Positions 32,701-42,400 of a DNA stretch of 64,000 bases are shown here, one piece after another; position 1 is the first letter of the stretch; each line of letters begins with the position of its first letter. The DNA is from Marsupella aquatica (lineage: Eukaryota; Plantae; Marchantiophyta). The notes beneath the pieces were generated by a model. That model did not search any database. It had not been told where the DNA came from and worked only from the letters and a program-made list of their open reading frames with translations. Location: contig OZ316891.1 in NCBI GenBank assembly GCA_973895155.1, positions 8,061,875-8,125,874 of the forward strand. Reading direction: 5' to 3'. The position numbers and the translations under genes are program-made.

Positions 32701-33026
32701 GCTGGACTAGCCGAGTCGGTCCCTTCCTTGGTGTCCATAGATTGTCCCCTTACCGGTCTATTCGGTTTTGAATTAGTGGTCGGCTCCCCTTCCTGCCTTG
32801 GCTCTGGATCATGTCTGTCCATCTCATCCACCTCTTGCTCCTGAGAGTTAGGCCGCTGTGCTCTCTCGACTTCTAATAGGGCCTCAATTTGTTCTGCCCT
32901 CGTAATCGGCTTGTATGCCGATCCCTTGGTATTTAATTCCTTGCCGATGATCGATGGCGTTGTGAACCCCGTCGGCTCTGCCACAACGCCTGCAGAAAAT
33001 CCACTGTCCCTGCTACTGCTCCCCAC
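29760..33026 (-). CDS. pol of element A (RT, RNase H, integrase), uninterrupted 1088 codons
   Basis: WVSPIVIVPKK, DYRKLN, MPFGLCNAPA, FIDD; RNase H HVFVDVS and NYSTTEREAL; integrase GGHF...CDPCQR, WGIDY, SDRG, ERANG; WLGPF motif. No chromodomain. Confidence 0.93.
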   Translation of the reverse strand: MGSSSRDSGFSAGVVAEPTGFTTPSIIGKELNTKGSAYKPITRAEQIEALLEVERAQRPNSQEQEVDEMDRHDPEPRQEGEPTTNSKPNRPVRGQSMDTKEGTDSASPAEIPVYGGMRLERLEAELDPNLKKQINMIQARQYRKLDLGEGRELNLGRNLAPELEKEISDLLIEFQDVFAWSHQDLKGVDPTLGEHRIDLMLGAKSFRQPIRRMNPKYSLLVKTEIDKLVEAGFITPVLHSDWVSPIVIVPKKAGPDGKPKIRVCQDYRKLNEATLKDHFPLPFTDMVLDMVASHELYSFMDGYSGYNQIRIRQEDQIKTAFITEWGIYVFNRMPFGLCNAPAMFQRLMVNIFHDYLRKFMEIFIDDFAVFGKASKHAKYLRKTFMRCREVGLKLHPDKCFFAVTEGVLLGHKVSRKGIEIDKGKLAVWLDIMQPKNIKDVRSFLGCIGYYRRFIKDFAKLALPLTNMLKAGADFEPTPERVTAVVELKQMLVEAPIMIAPDWNKDFHVFVDVSGFCIGSVLSQLDEKGRDHPIYFASRQLADAERNYSTTEREALGVIYSCKKFRHYLLGYKVIFHTDHESLKYLVNKPDLTGRVARWILLLQEFDYELRIKPGKLHANADFFSRITGKPATDCIDDRFPDEELFVVEIAGTWYPEILQFLSTSRLQPGLSREQAAVFVRKVRQYQCIKGILHKHGINGTIQRCLEKREVKRVLRAMHGEEAGGHFAPVTTSKKILNAGYWWPTLHKDVYQFIKQCDPCQRAGGPRASTRHPLHPILPLAPFEKWGIDYIGPLKPLTHPRRNKYIILATDYATKWVEARPTTKDDAITTARFMYEQIFTRYGAPLELVSDRGTHFLNDIISRLNEQYLVKHRPTTPYHPKANGLTERANGIIGKILNKTAAQNKLDWDDKLFAAVFAYNLAYKSTTGHTPFFLTFGQEALVPMQLEIPTFQVTIEERASAEESLKEQEYRLEALEEARMISAERVEYRQNIMKQQYDKRLKVVSIHTGDLVLLYDSRYSRFLGKLYTRWLGPFRVTMMFPNGSVQLANITGEVYPVRIHYDRLKKYYMDEDEVVREDASQLSGELCDA
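29772..29787 (-). other. Polypurine tract of element A
   Basis: Minus strand gaggacgcttcacaATTAAGTGGGGAGCTA|TGTG parallels the element B PPT context ...TTTGAGTGGAGGGCTA|TGTG. Confidence 0.75.
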
Positions 33027-35896
33027 TTAGCCATTTCATCCAATTGGTCTACATCCTTTACTTCCTCCGGAATTGCAGCTAAGAAGGTGGATTCTATTGT
33101 AAAGCAGTCCTCGACCTCTTCGTCTTCTTCTTCCAAGTCACCTTCCATTGGTTCTTGCCATAATCCGCTGGGGGGTACCTCTGGTCCAAAGACACCTTCT
33201 TCGGTTAGGTCAGTGAGGCATTCTAACCAACGTACTTCATCGGCTGACTCCAGTCCACTGTCGTACCCATCTACTTCCCTTATGCTTTTCCTACGGTCAT
33301 CCTTAGTGTCCCAGGATACCGTGATAGAGGGGGTCCCGAAAGTGAACTGCTTTTTACCCCAATCTTCTATTACCTCGGCTAGGTACAGCCATGGCCTACC
33401 AATCAATAGCCGGAATGACGTAGGATTTACCGGCTTCATTACTACATAGTTAATGCTAAAGAAGATACCTCCTATCTCTGTCTTGATGCCGGTTAACACT
33501 CCCGTAGGAATGACCTGATATCCATTGGCCATGTTCAACACTCTTCCAGTCATCTCCGGTGTTAGACCCCACCCTTTTGCTGTTGAATCAATCATAATAC
33601 ATACCCCTGATCCTCCATCGATGGGTACCCGTAGTAATAATTTTCCTTGAATCATTAATGGTAATGCTGGGGCTCCTTGATCTTCTTCTATCATTAGTAC
33701 GTCGGATCTGGTTGCTACCTTGGGTAATCTCGGCTTGCCGAGAATAGCCTTCCTTAATTGCTTCCGGAAATACGGGCTATTTTTCAATAGTTGACCTACT
33801 GTTGCCGAGACTCTAGATTCTAGTACATCTTTAGCCAGGTCATAGGGAACAATCGGCTTCTCTTCTGGTGGTGTTTCCGTCTTGGATTCGGCCAGTCTTG
33901 CCACGCTAGTCTCCACAGCTGTTGGGTCTTCCGAAGCAAACAATGCTTTTGCTCGTTTTACATCCTTGGCAATGGCTTCGGTATTCTCCAGGGTTTAAAA
34001 TTCTCTTAGTTGTTCCTTAACACTAGCCGTAACAGAGGGGTAGAACAACTTAGGATGATCTCGATTGAAGTCGCTATCTTGTGAAGGATTGGTTTCACTG
34101 GTGGGCTCATGGCTTACCTGTATTGCCGGAGCCCTCCCTTCTCCTTCTGTTGATGTTGACGAAGAGTCGATCCTTTCCTCCGTAACCTTCCCTTTATTTT
34201 TGGCCAGCCCATCCCACCTTCCCTTCCTTCTGGTAGATCGAGTAGAGACCCGGTAGCAATCATGATCTAAATCCTCCTCTGAGAAGGTTGATAGGGCTTC
34301 GGCCTCATCAGCAGATGGTACGAACTCTGCCTCGGCATCCTCTTGCCATCCTAGTTCGATGTGGTTGATTTGAACTCCTCCGGGGGTAGTACCTAGCGGT
34401 AAGATCTTGATCGGCAAAAGCTTATGATTTGCGGCCAGGCCTGCCAACCAAGTAGGACATTGCCCTAGCATATGACCTTCCTGTCGGCATCCCATACATA
34501 GCTGAGCTGGTTGTCCATCACCCTGTTTGCGTGCATTCGGGCATTCTCTAGCAAAATGGCCAGATTGACCACAATTATAGCACGCCGCAAATCTTTGCAC
34601 ATTCGGCCTAGGAGGTACTGACGGGTTCTGAATAATCCAAGGATACATCTCTCCTGGATTGTTCCTTAACCCTGACCATAGAGATGCAGGTCTGTTGGAT
34701 AGGTCTCGTGCTCCAGTCTCACTGATGCCGAAAACACTATCAGCGGCATCTCCTAAAAAGTACTCTACTTCTCCCTGACATGGTCAGATCTCGGCCACAT
34801 GCCGAACATGATTAGTATTAAGCTTAGGACACGCATCTTTATGGTGTCCGGTTTTATAACATAAGGCACACCATACAGAGCTATCCTCCTGTACTACCTT
34901 CTTCTTTGGTTTTACCTCTGCAATGATAGCCTTAAGTTGCTCGGTAAGGGCTACGATGTTATCTGGTGGCTTAGCCTCCATCTTGACTTTCGTCTTCCCT
35001 CTCCTTCTGCCCTTCCTTTTCCTAGTTTTTTCTTCTTCAGAACTAGAAGATGACTCACTCTTGCTACTCCCACTATCCGAGCTTGACTTATCACTTCTAG
35101 ACTTCTTGGGATGTTTCTTCTTCTTATCTTTTTTCTTATGGGGTGATCCCTCCTCTGATGAGGAACTCTCAGACTTAAGCTGTTTCTTCCGGCTTGTGAT
35201 ATCTGCATTAATGTATAATTGAATATCCTTAATTGCTTCGGCTAAAGTCTCCGGGTTCTCCTTCCTAATTGCAAAACTCATCTTCTGTGGCAAAGCATTC
35301 ACCAACCATTGAAGTTGCATACCTTCAGATGCATTGGTCTTTGTACGTCTTACCAGTTTCTGAAAGCGTTGCAAGAACTTCCTGAAGGATTTGTTCTCCT
35401 TGAACCGAAGTTGTCCCAACTTCAGCACTGCTAGTTCTGAAGTTCCAATGGGTCGAAACTCCTTAACAAAGAGTGTTTTGAAGATATCCCAGATGGCTTG
35501 ATCTTCCACATCTAATGCTCTGTACCAAGGCCTAGCCTCACCCTTGAACAGGCCGGGAAGAATCTGCATCTTGATGGCCGATTCTCCATTTGCTGCAGCG
35601 GTTTCCTCGAAATCATCCAACCATTCGTCCGGATCCTCCTCTCCTCTCCCATGAAATGCCTTGTAATGTATGCGCGACCGCTGGCTCAATCTGGTCCCTG
35701 GCCTCTCGTCTGGCCGTGCCTCTGGTTCCCCCATGTCGGTTGGAGACTCACTTCTCCTTACCGACTCTTCTTCTGGTATGTCTTCTTCGACGCCACTTCC
35801 AGTTTTGGAGCTACCAGCTCTTTCTGCCCCTCTCAGTCGCTGTGTATCATGCCACCCGGTGAGCTGCTGCAGTCGAGCTCTCTCCCGTTGAATCAC
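32933..35896 (-). pseudogene. gag-protease of element A with two in-frame stops (34784-34786, 33995-33997)
   Basis: Retrotrans_gag-like FHGRGEEDPDEWLDDFE; three CCHC knuckles (CALCYKTGHHKDAC, CYNCGQSGHFAREC, CMGCRQEGHMLGQC); protease PIDGGSG...LLIGRPWL. The three ORFs are in one frame. Confidence 0.88.
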
Positions 35897-35915
35897 TCTT
35901 TCTTCCCTCGGCGTA

Positions 35916-36362
35916 AGGTCTACCTTAAGGAAACAGAGGTCTACCTTAAGGAAGGAATTGGAGGAAGCCTAGAAGGAGCTAGAGAAGGCGCGCGGGGACC
36001 TAGACAAAATGCAGGAGGAGTTGGAGGAAAGCACACGGAAGTTGGAGAACTTACAACGGCAAGCCGACAACCAAACGGAGCGGCTAAAGAAACAAGCCGT
36101 ACTATTTAAGTGCTTGGCCTCATCAGTTCAAACTCCAATTGTGGCAACAAAGTTGCCAGGGGTAGTACTGGCCAAGGGACAAGCCGCGGCACTCGCACCG
36201 GTGCCGGAGGTAAGTGGCAAGGGGAAAGGACCAGCTGTCGAGCAAGGGAAGAAGAAGCAAAAACCTTCCAAGTCAGGGAGCAACACGGCTTCTCAAGCCA
36301 CCATGACCAAGGAGGAGAACACGGCACCAGCCTCAGGCAAGGTCACAGCAGAGGATCCAACT
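35916..36362 (+). mobile_element. Solo LTR of the element-A family, segment 2 (coiled-coil part of the accessory ORF)
   Basis: ORF 36009-36398 (QEELEESTRKLENLQRQADNQTERLKKQA...GKGKGPAVE) matches the 366-aa ORF. It is cut by element B. Confidence 0.85.
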
Positions 36363-38079
36363 TGTGGAAAGGAGACTTTTGCTGAAACACGACCATAAGA
36401 GAAAAATCTGAATCGTTTCAAACTTTTTGAGCAAAAACGACACTTTCTGAAGCGTCTACTTTCAATTTGGCGGTTAACTCACTTCATTCTAACTAAGGAC
36501 GCTTTCTGAAGCGTCCCCAGTTACAAAGCCAATAAACCTCAAGACAGCTGAGGCGTCCATGCGTGCTGCCAACCAGATGCAACCCCCTTAACCACGACGC
36601 TTTTTGCGCCGTCCTTCACCGATACCACGGAACAGAAGACGCTTCGTGAAACGTCTATTCGAACCAGACACCGGACGCTTTAAGACGCTTTCTGAAGCGT
36701 CCGCTAACCCCAAAGTCCGATGAGACGCTTTCTGAAGCGTCCACATGAGAAGTGATGCCTCGACTATTCGGCCGTGTTCGAAGACAAGGCAGAATCGATG
36801 CTTTCTGAAGCGTCCGCCAAGACAGACTTCGCCGCTTTCTGAAGCGTCCCACCTGAAGGCCGGAAGACGGACGCCGCGACCAAACCCTCAAAATTCAGCC
36901 GACGCTTTCTGAAGCGTCCATAAAAGTCCTTTGTAGTTTTGGACGCTTTCTGAAGCGTCCACTATGTTCCCAACACTTAGAAAAAGTTTCAGTTTTTGCA
37001 CTTTTATAACACCGTGCCACTTTTACTGATTTATTTGAGGCACTTAGAGACCTCAGAAAAGTCTGAAACTTTACCAGCATAGAGATTATATGTAGTAGAG
37101 TACTCTAGAAAAGTCTCAGCTCATTCCGACTTTTAGTTTAGAAGTTAAAATTAGATTAACACCACTGTTTATTAGTTTTACCGGAAAGCACCGACGCTCT
37201 ACAAAGCGTCCACTAAGTCTCCAATGCATTTCTTTATTTCTTTTAGGATTGTCTTTTAGATATTTGAGGTTTGAAAAGTCATGCCTTTTCAGTTAAGGGA
37301 ACCTTTACTTATAAAACCTCATGTTTTTTCCATTCGAAAGGAGGGGGGGACAATTCCAATCAGACTTCTGTTAGTTTCCCTCCTTCCATTTTAACAAGAG
37401 AAGTCTTGTATGGAAGTAAAACTTATGTTTGAATTTATGAATTCAAGAAATTTCTTGATACTTGAATTCAGTTACAAACTTCTGTGACTTACATTGAATT
37501 CACTGCTAGGCTTGCTTGAAGGGTCAAGATTCGCTAGCTAATTCAAGAGTTGTTGTTTGATATGTGAGAAGTAAAGTTTGGTTCTCAGAGTATTCAGTAC
37601 CGTTACTTTGTTTATGGAATATGATTTAGTGTTTGACAGAATTGGGTATCGCTGATGTCAAACCATGTTGCCGGCATCTTAAGTCATATCATTACATTTG
37701 TAACCAGAGCAGTACTTGTTTAGCAAATTGGAAATTCCTTATCATGCAATTTTATTTAGTCAGGAGAGAAATTAGTGAGTTATGAGACTTGTTTTATGTC
37801 TATTCTAAGACCATAGTCCTTTTTGAAGGAGTGGCAATAGCTAATCAGAGTTTTCAGACCATAATTGACTCTCTCTTGACTCATAAGACAGAAGTTTATT
37901 TACTTTGGTGTTTTGTTTATTTGATCTTTTAGTGAGAAACAAGAAATCTATGTGCTGAGAGCTTTAGATTACTCAGAGAGATAAATTCATTCAATTCTTT
38001 CCAAATCTATTCTTAAAGGGATCGTATTCCGAGTCTTTATGTAAAAAGTGTTCCTTTTTGTTCTTTTGGCTATACGACA
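36363..38079 (+). repeat. 5' LTR of element B (1717 bp)
   Basis: TGTGGAAAGG...TATACGACA. About 13 substitutions versus the 3' LTR by eye, and no indels seen. Confidence 0.96.
36439..36960. repeat. Interspersed palindrome array (GGACGCTTTCTGAAGCGTCC) in the 5' LTR
   Basis: Copies near 36439, 36497, 36596, 36638, 36684, 36724, 36797, 36831, 36901 and 36941, plus an outlier at 37193, separated by non-repetitive spacers. Confidence 0.9.
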
Positions 38080-38088
38080 TATGATTTT

Positions 38089-38106
38089 TGGCGCCGCTGC
38101 CGGGGA
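38089..38106 (+). other. Primer-binding site, tRNA-Asp type
   Basis: TGGCGCCGCTGCCGGGGA, 9 nt after the LTR end, matches the Athila-type PBS TGGCGCCGTTGCCGGGGA with one mismatch. Confidence 0.85.
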
Positions 38107-39039
38107 ACAGTATAGAATGGATTGATATCAAGGCAGTGAATGCCAACCGAGGAGGTTGAATTGGTCAGAAGGAGTTACTTAATGGAAGATTCAGGACAAT
38201 GGCCAATTCAGGTGCTGGAGGTTCGACCCTTTACCCTAGCAAATGCCCCGGAAGCTTTCCGGGAGATGATGAGGGAGGAAGCCCTCCTTAATAGGAGAAG
38301 GAGAAGGAAGGAAATTAAGGCCAAAAAGGATAGCCTCAAGGGTGCTTGATTTCCATGTGAAGAAAGAGATTTCTGTGTGTAGGAATCGAGATTAAGATAA
38401 TCAGTGGATTATAGGCGAAGTTTGGAAAGAGTTTTACCCTTTTTATTGAAGAGATCAATTTGTTTAGGATAAGTGTTAGAGCCAATGCTAAAAATTATTG
38501 AGATACTTAGGCTGTAAGCCAACCTTAGGGGTGGAGGATTCTTGAAGAATGCCCCCACCCATTAGATCATTAGGCTCCCTACGAGTTAGGAATTTGCATA
38601 ATCAATATGTGCAAACATGGGTGTTAAGTGTGAGGGGTAGAAGGGGAGTTCATTGGCTGTCCATAATATGGTGGGAAGGTTTGAATTTGCATTTGGTAAT
38701 GCTGAGATTAAATGGTAGGATTACTCAGGAGAGATATACTGTAATTTCTATTTCAGAATTGGCTGGTACAATGCTTCAAGGTGAAATGGGGCCCAATAGG
38801 AGGATGAGATAGGAAGTGCTGCGGTAAACCTAGCCAAAGAAGGATATGAAGAGGAGTCAGGAGAAGATCTCCAAGGCATTGAATGGGTTTCCAGACACTT
38901 TGGATTCCCAAGAGTTGAATGGACATACCTGTTCGAATCCCTCGACACAAGGTGCAAGAGGCATGCCCCTTGGGAAAAGCCAAGGTGACCGCTTCCATCT
39001 GTAGTGGGTGTTTTCTCAAAATTTGAGTGGCATTGAAAG

Positions 39040-39420
39040 ATGCTTGTAATCAAAGCTACCATGCATCCCTCCAATGTGTTCACAAGAGCCATCCAAAGTT
39101 CTTTTGAATCTCAGGTGAGATTGGCAGGATATCTGATTAAGGAAGTTTCAATAGACAGGGGCTCTCGAATTAATTTGCTTTCTATTCGTTTGGCTCAGAA
39201 TCTGGCTCTCGCACCAATTTTACCAACTTACACACAGTTCTGGATCAATGGCCAATTGATTAAACCTGTGGGGGAGATGAGGGTAGTACCTATTCAAATT
39301 GGTGATCGCCTGTACCACCTGGATTTCTTCATAATGGGGCCTCATGAATCACATCTTCCTTCAATACTTCTGAGTACGACCTGGATTCAGTAATGTAGCA
39401 AGACAATTAACTGGGGAGAG
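39040..39420 (+). pseudogene. Extra retropepsin-like protease remnant in the 5' leader of element B
   Basis: EVSIDRGSRINLLS...IKPVG...LDFFIM...PSILLSTTWIQ*CSKTINW parallels the element's own protease RVPVDGGSSVNLM...VVPAG...LEYVII...FPVLLGRPWLYKAQVQVNW. Confidence 0.65.
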
Positions 39421-39447
39421 AAGTTTTACTATTGCTAAGAATGAGGT

Positions 39448-42400
39448 ATGTCGGAGGAAGCTCGCCAAATAAAAAAGAAATGGAGGAAAGCTTCTTATAA
39501 ATCAGAATCCTCGAGCAAGGCAGTGGAGCCTCGAGACCTCCTGTCTGAGTTTCAAGCATCAGAATTCCCTTTACCGGGAAGTGTGACAAGGAAGGTAACC
39601 TCCATTCAGACTAGGGTAACCCAAGGGACTCTGGAAAATCCTGCACCCAGTAGACCCTTATATGTGAATTTGCGATCCGGACCCAAGTTGATTGGTCCAC
39701 CACAGCATTCAAGGAAACCATCAGATGTCGAAGGGATTTTACAACAGAATCCAACTCTAGAAGAACTTGAAGGCTTCACAGCATTTAATTCATTAGAAGG
39801 GTCGTCTTCAGGCGAGAAGAGCTCCGGCAGTAGTTCAGAATCTAGTAGTTCTATTGTATTAAGTCCTCAAACTTGGACTAATCCGTTTGCCATCCGATCT
39901 GCCTTACCCATCCCTAATCTAAGTCCTACTATAATGGCTCGTAACAATGTGAGATATGATAGATTCTTTGGATCATCTAAAGAGGATGCAGAAGTCTATT
40001 TGAAGGAATTTGAAGCTGCTGCAGCTTCAAATGGACAAAGCCAAGATGCGGAAAAGGCTAATTTATTTGGTGGACTGATGAAGAAGAGAGCTCAAAAGTG
40101 GTATGATCGCTTTCCAAATAAACATGACTGGGGTAAGTTGAAGGTTGCCTTCTTGGCTAAGTACAAAGAGGAGGGGTCTGCCGCTCGAACTTTTGCTAGG
40201 ATCTCTCATTTACACATGAAGAAACATGGGTCTGTGAGGAAATATGCGGATAAACTGTTGGATTTGGTGGACCAATATAATCCAGCCACATCTAAGTCTA
40301 CTGTGAAGGATTGGTTTATCAACGGATTGCCGTCACGAATTGCTCGATATGTCAGGCGTGAAGGTGGTACTACTTTGGAGGAAGTTCAGGAATCAGCACA
40401 GAAGTATGTGGATTCTGAAATTTCTGAGAAAAAGCGAGTGAGGAAAGACTTGAAGAAAGATAAGAGGAAAAAGAAGAAAAAATCAAAGTCTAAATCTGAT
40501 TCGGAGAAGGACGATAGTGACAGCAGCAGTAGTGAAGACGATGAGAGTACGGATTCAAGCACTAGTGCGAGCGCTAGCTCTAGTTCTAGTTCAGATTCGG
40601 AACAGCCCGCCTCCAAAAAGAAGAAGTCAACCTCGAAGGTAGAGCCTAAGACTTCTACTCAGAAAAAAATGGATCGCATGATGGAGGAAATAACCGGGAA
40701 GCTATCTAAGCTGAATGTACATATTGCTACGGTGAAACCTGTGCGAAGATTACCACCAACCATGAGGACAAACGTGTGGTGTACCCATTGTAATCAGCAA
40801 GGGCACTATCCGACGGAGTGCCCAAATTGGCGTATGGCAATAAATTACTTGGAAGGACCGGAGGAGGTAGAAGATTACGAATACGAGCCGGCATATGCAG
40901 TTCAGGCAACACCAGGAGGTCAGTATTTCCCACCTGCCCCTCCACCAATGAATAATTGGGTACCGCCAAAACCTGCCTTCAACAGACCTGTTCCCAGGCC
41001 GCCTATGGGACCTCCAGGAGGATACCCCCCTAGAGGAGCTCCACGGCAGAAAGGATCCTGTTGGAATTGCGGTCAGCCGGACCACTACTCACCGCAATGT
41101 CCTTATCCGAAGAGAGAAGAGGGATACACCCCTATATGTGGAAATTGTGGCAAGGAAGGGCACTTGCCTGTGGAATGTCCAAATCCGCCTAAAACAAAAA
41201 TGATGGTTCGCTTTGCTCAAGAGCCTGTCAAGGAGACAATCAGACCAGAGGCTAAAGTGAGGATGGTGTACTCTGAAGAGGCTGAGCATTGTGGAATGAT
41301 CCACCATGGGGATGTGAACAGAGTGGAAGTGACAGGCCACTCCACGTTTGCTCAACCACTGGCCGGAATTGTTCCTAATGTGTTAGTGGATCACTTGGTG
41401 AAGCCAGGGGTGGTGGGCATGCCTAATGCTCGAGTTCAGGATCGGGATAAAGTTCTAACGGATACCTATGCAACTACTCGTTCCAAGCGGAAAGAGGAGA
41501 AACGAGCAGTAGCGAAGCACCAAAAGAAGGGACCTAAGCCGAAGGTACGAGCTCCATTTGAGGAAGGCCTACCCAAGGATCAGGACCCAGCTTATGATCG
41601 CTATGATCCCAAATAGTTTTTACCTGACATTTCTTCAGAAGTAAAAGCTCAATTAGAGGAACTAGTTAAAGATCACACCTCGCATTCAATTCAGAAGCCA
41701 GTGGTGAAGGAGCCCGAACGACCTGTGTTAAAGCAACAGGGATATGATATTGTAGAAGACGTGAAGGGCCATCTTGCTCATATCACCATTGGTGAGTTGT
41801 TGCAAGACAACCCGGTTTATAGACGCCAATTGAGAGGATTGTTGGCAGGAAAGCGAAGGCAGCGTAAGTTGCCAGAGGTGGATGTATTACGTTTGGAATG
41901 GGAGGATAAGGGACCACCAGAGCTGGACGTACAAATTCAAGGATGTGTTGTGAGGAGAGTACCAGTGGATGGTGGTTCCAGCGTCAACCTCATGACTCAG
42001 CAAACTGCATTTAATCTTGGATTTACTAAGTTTGAACCAACACCCAAGATCCTGCGGATGGCGGACCAATCTCGAGTTGTTCCCGCGGGAAAATTAAGTA
42101 AGGTAGATACTCTGATTGCTGGTGTTCCATTTACTTTGGAATATGTGATAATAAGTCCAGAGGTACCTTCCAGCTTTCCAGTCTTGTTAGGCCGCCCTTG
42201 GTTGTATAAAGCCCAAGTGCAGGTAAATTGGAAAGCTCAAGAGATGTCTTTTGGTAAACCCAAGGTGGTGGTGAGTTGGGCTACTGAGGATCATAAGGGC
42301 GAGACGCAAACTGACGACGGGTATACGTCAGACTTTTCGGATTCCAACCTGATTTTGGAGCCATTGGAGTTTGAGTTGGAGGAGGTACGCTATTTGGAGG

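Larger units (their letters stand above)
25163..35915 (-). mobile_element. Ty3/gypsy LTR retrotransposon A (non-chromovirus, Athila/Phygy-like), 5' LTR and PBS deleted
   Basis: Domain order gag-PR-RT-RH-IN, then PPT and a TG...CA 3' LTR. It is truncated inside the gag 5' end at about 35915. Confidence 0.9.

Noticed and set aside
36439-36960. Calling the palindrome array a true CRISPR
   Set aside because: The context is a eukaryotic LTR with no cas genes. The repeat is only 20 bp, spacing is irregular and several copies are degenerate. Reported as a repeat array instead.
38089-38106. tRNA gene
   Set aside because: It is only the 18-nt complement of a tRNA 3' end (a PBS), with no cloverleaf.
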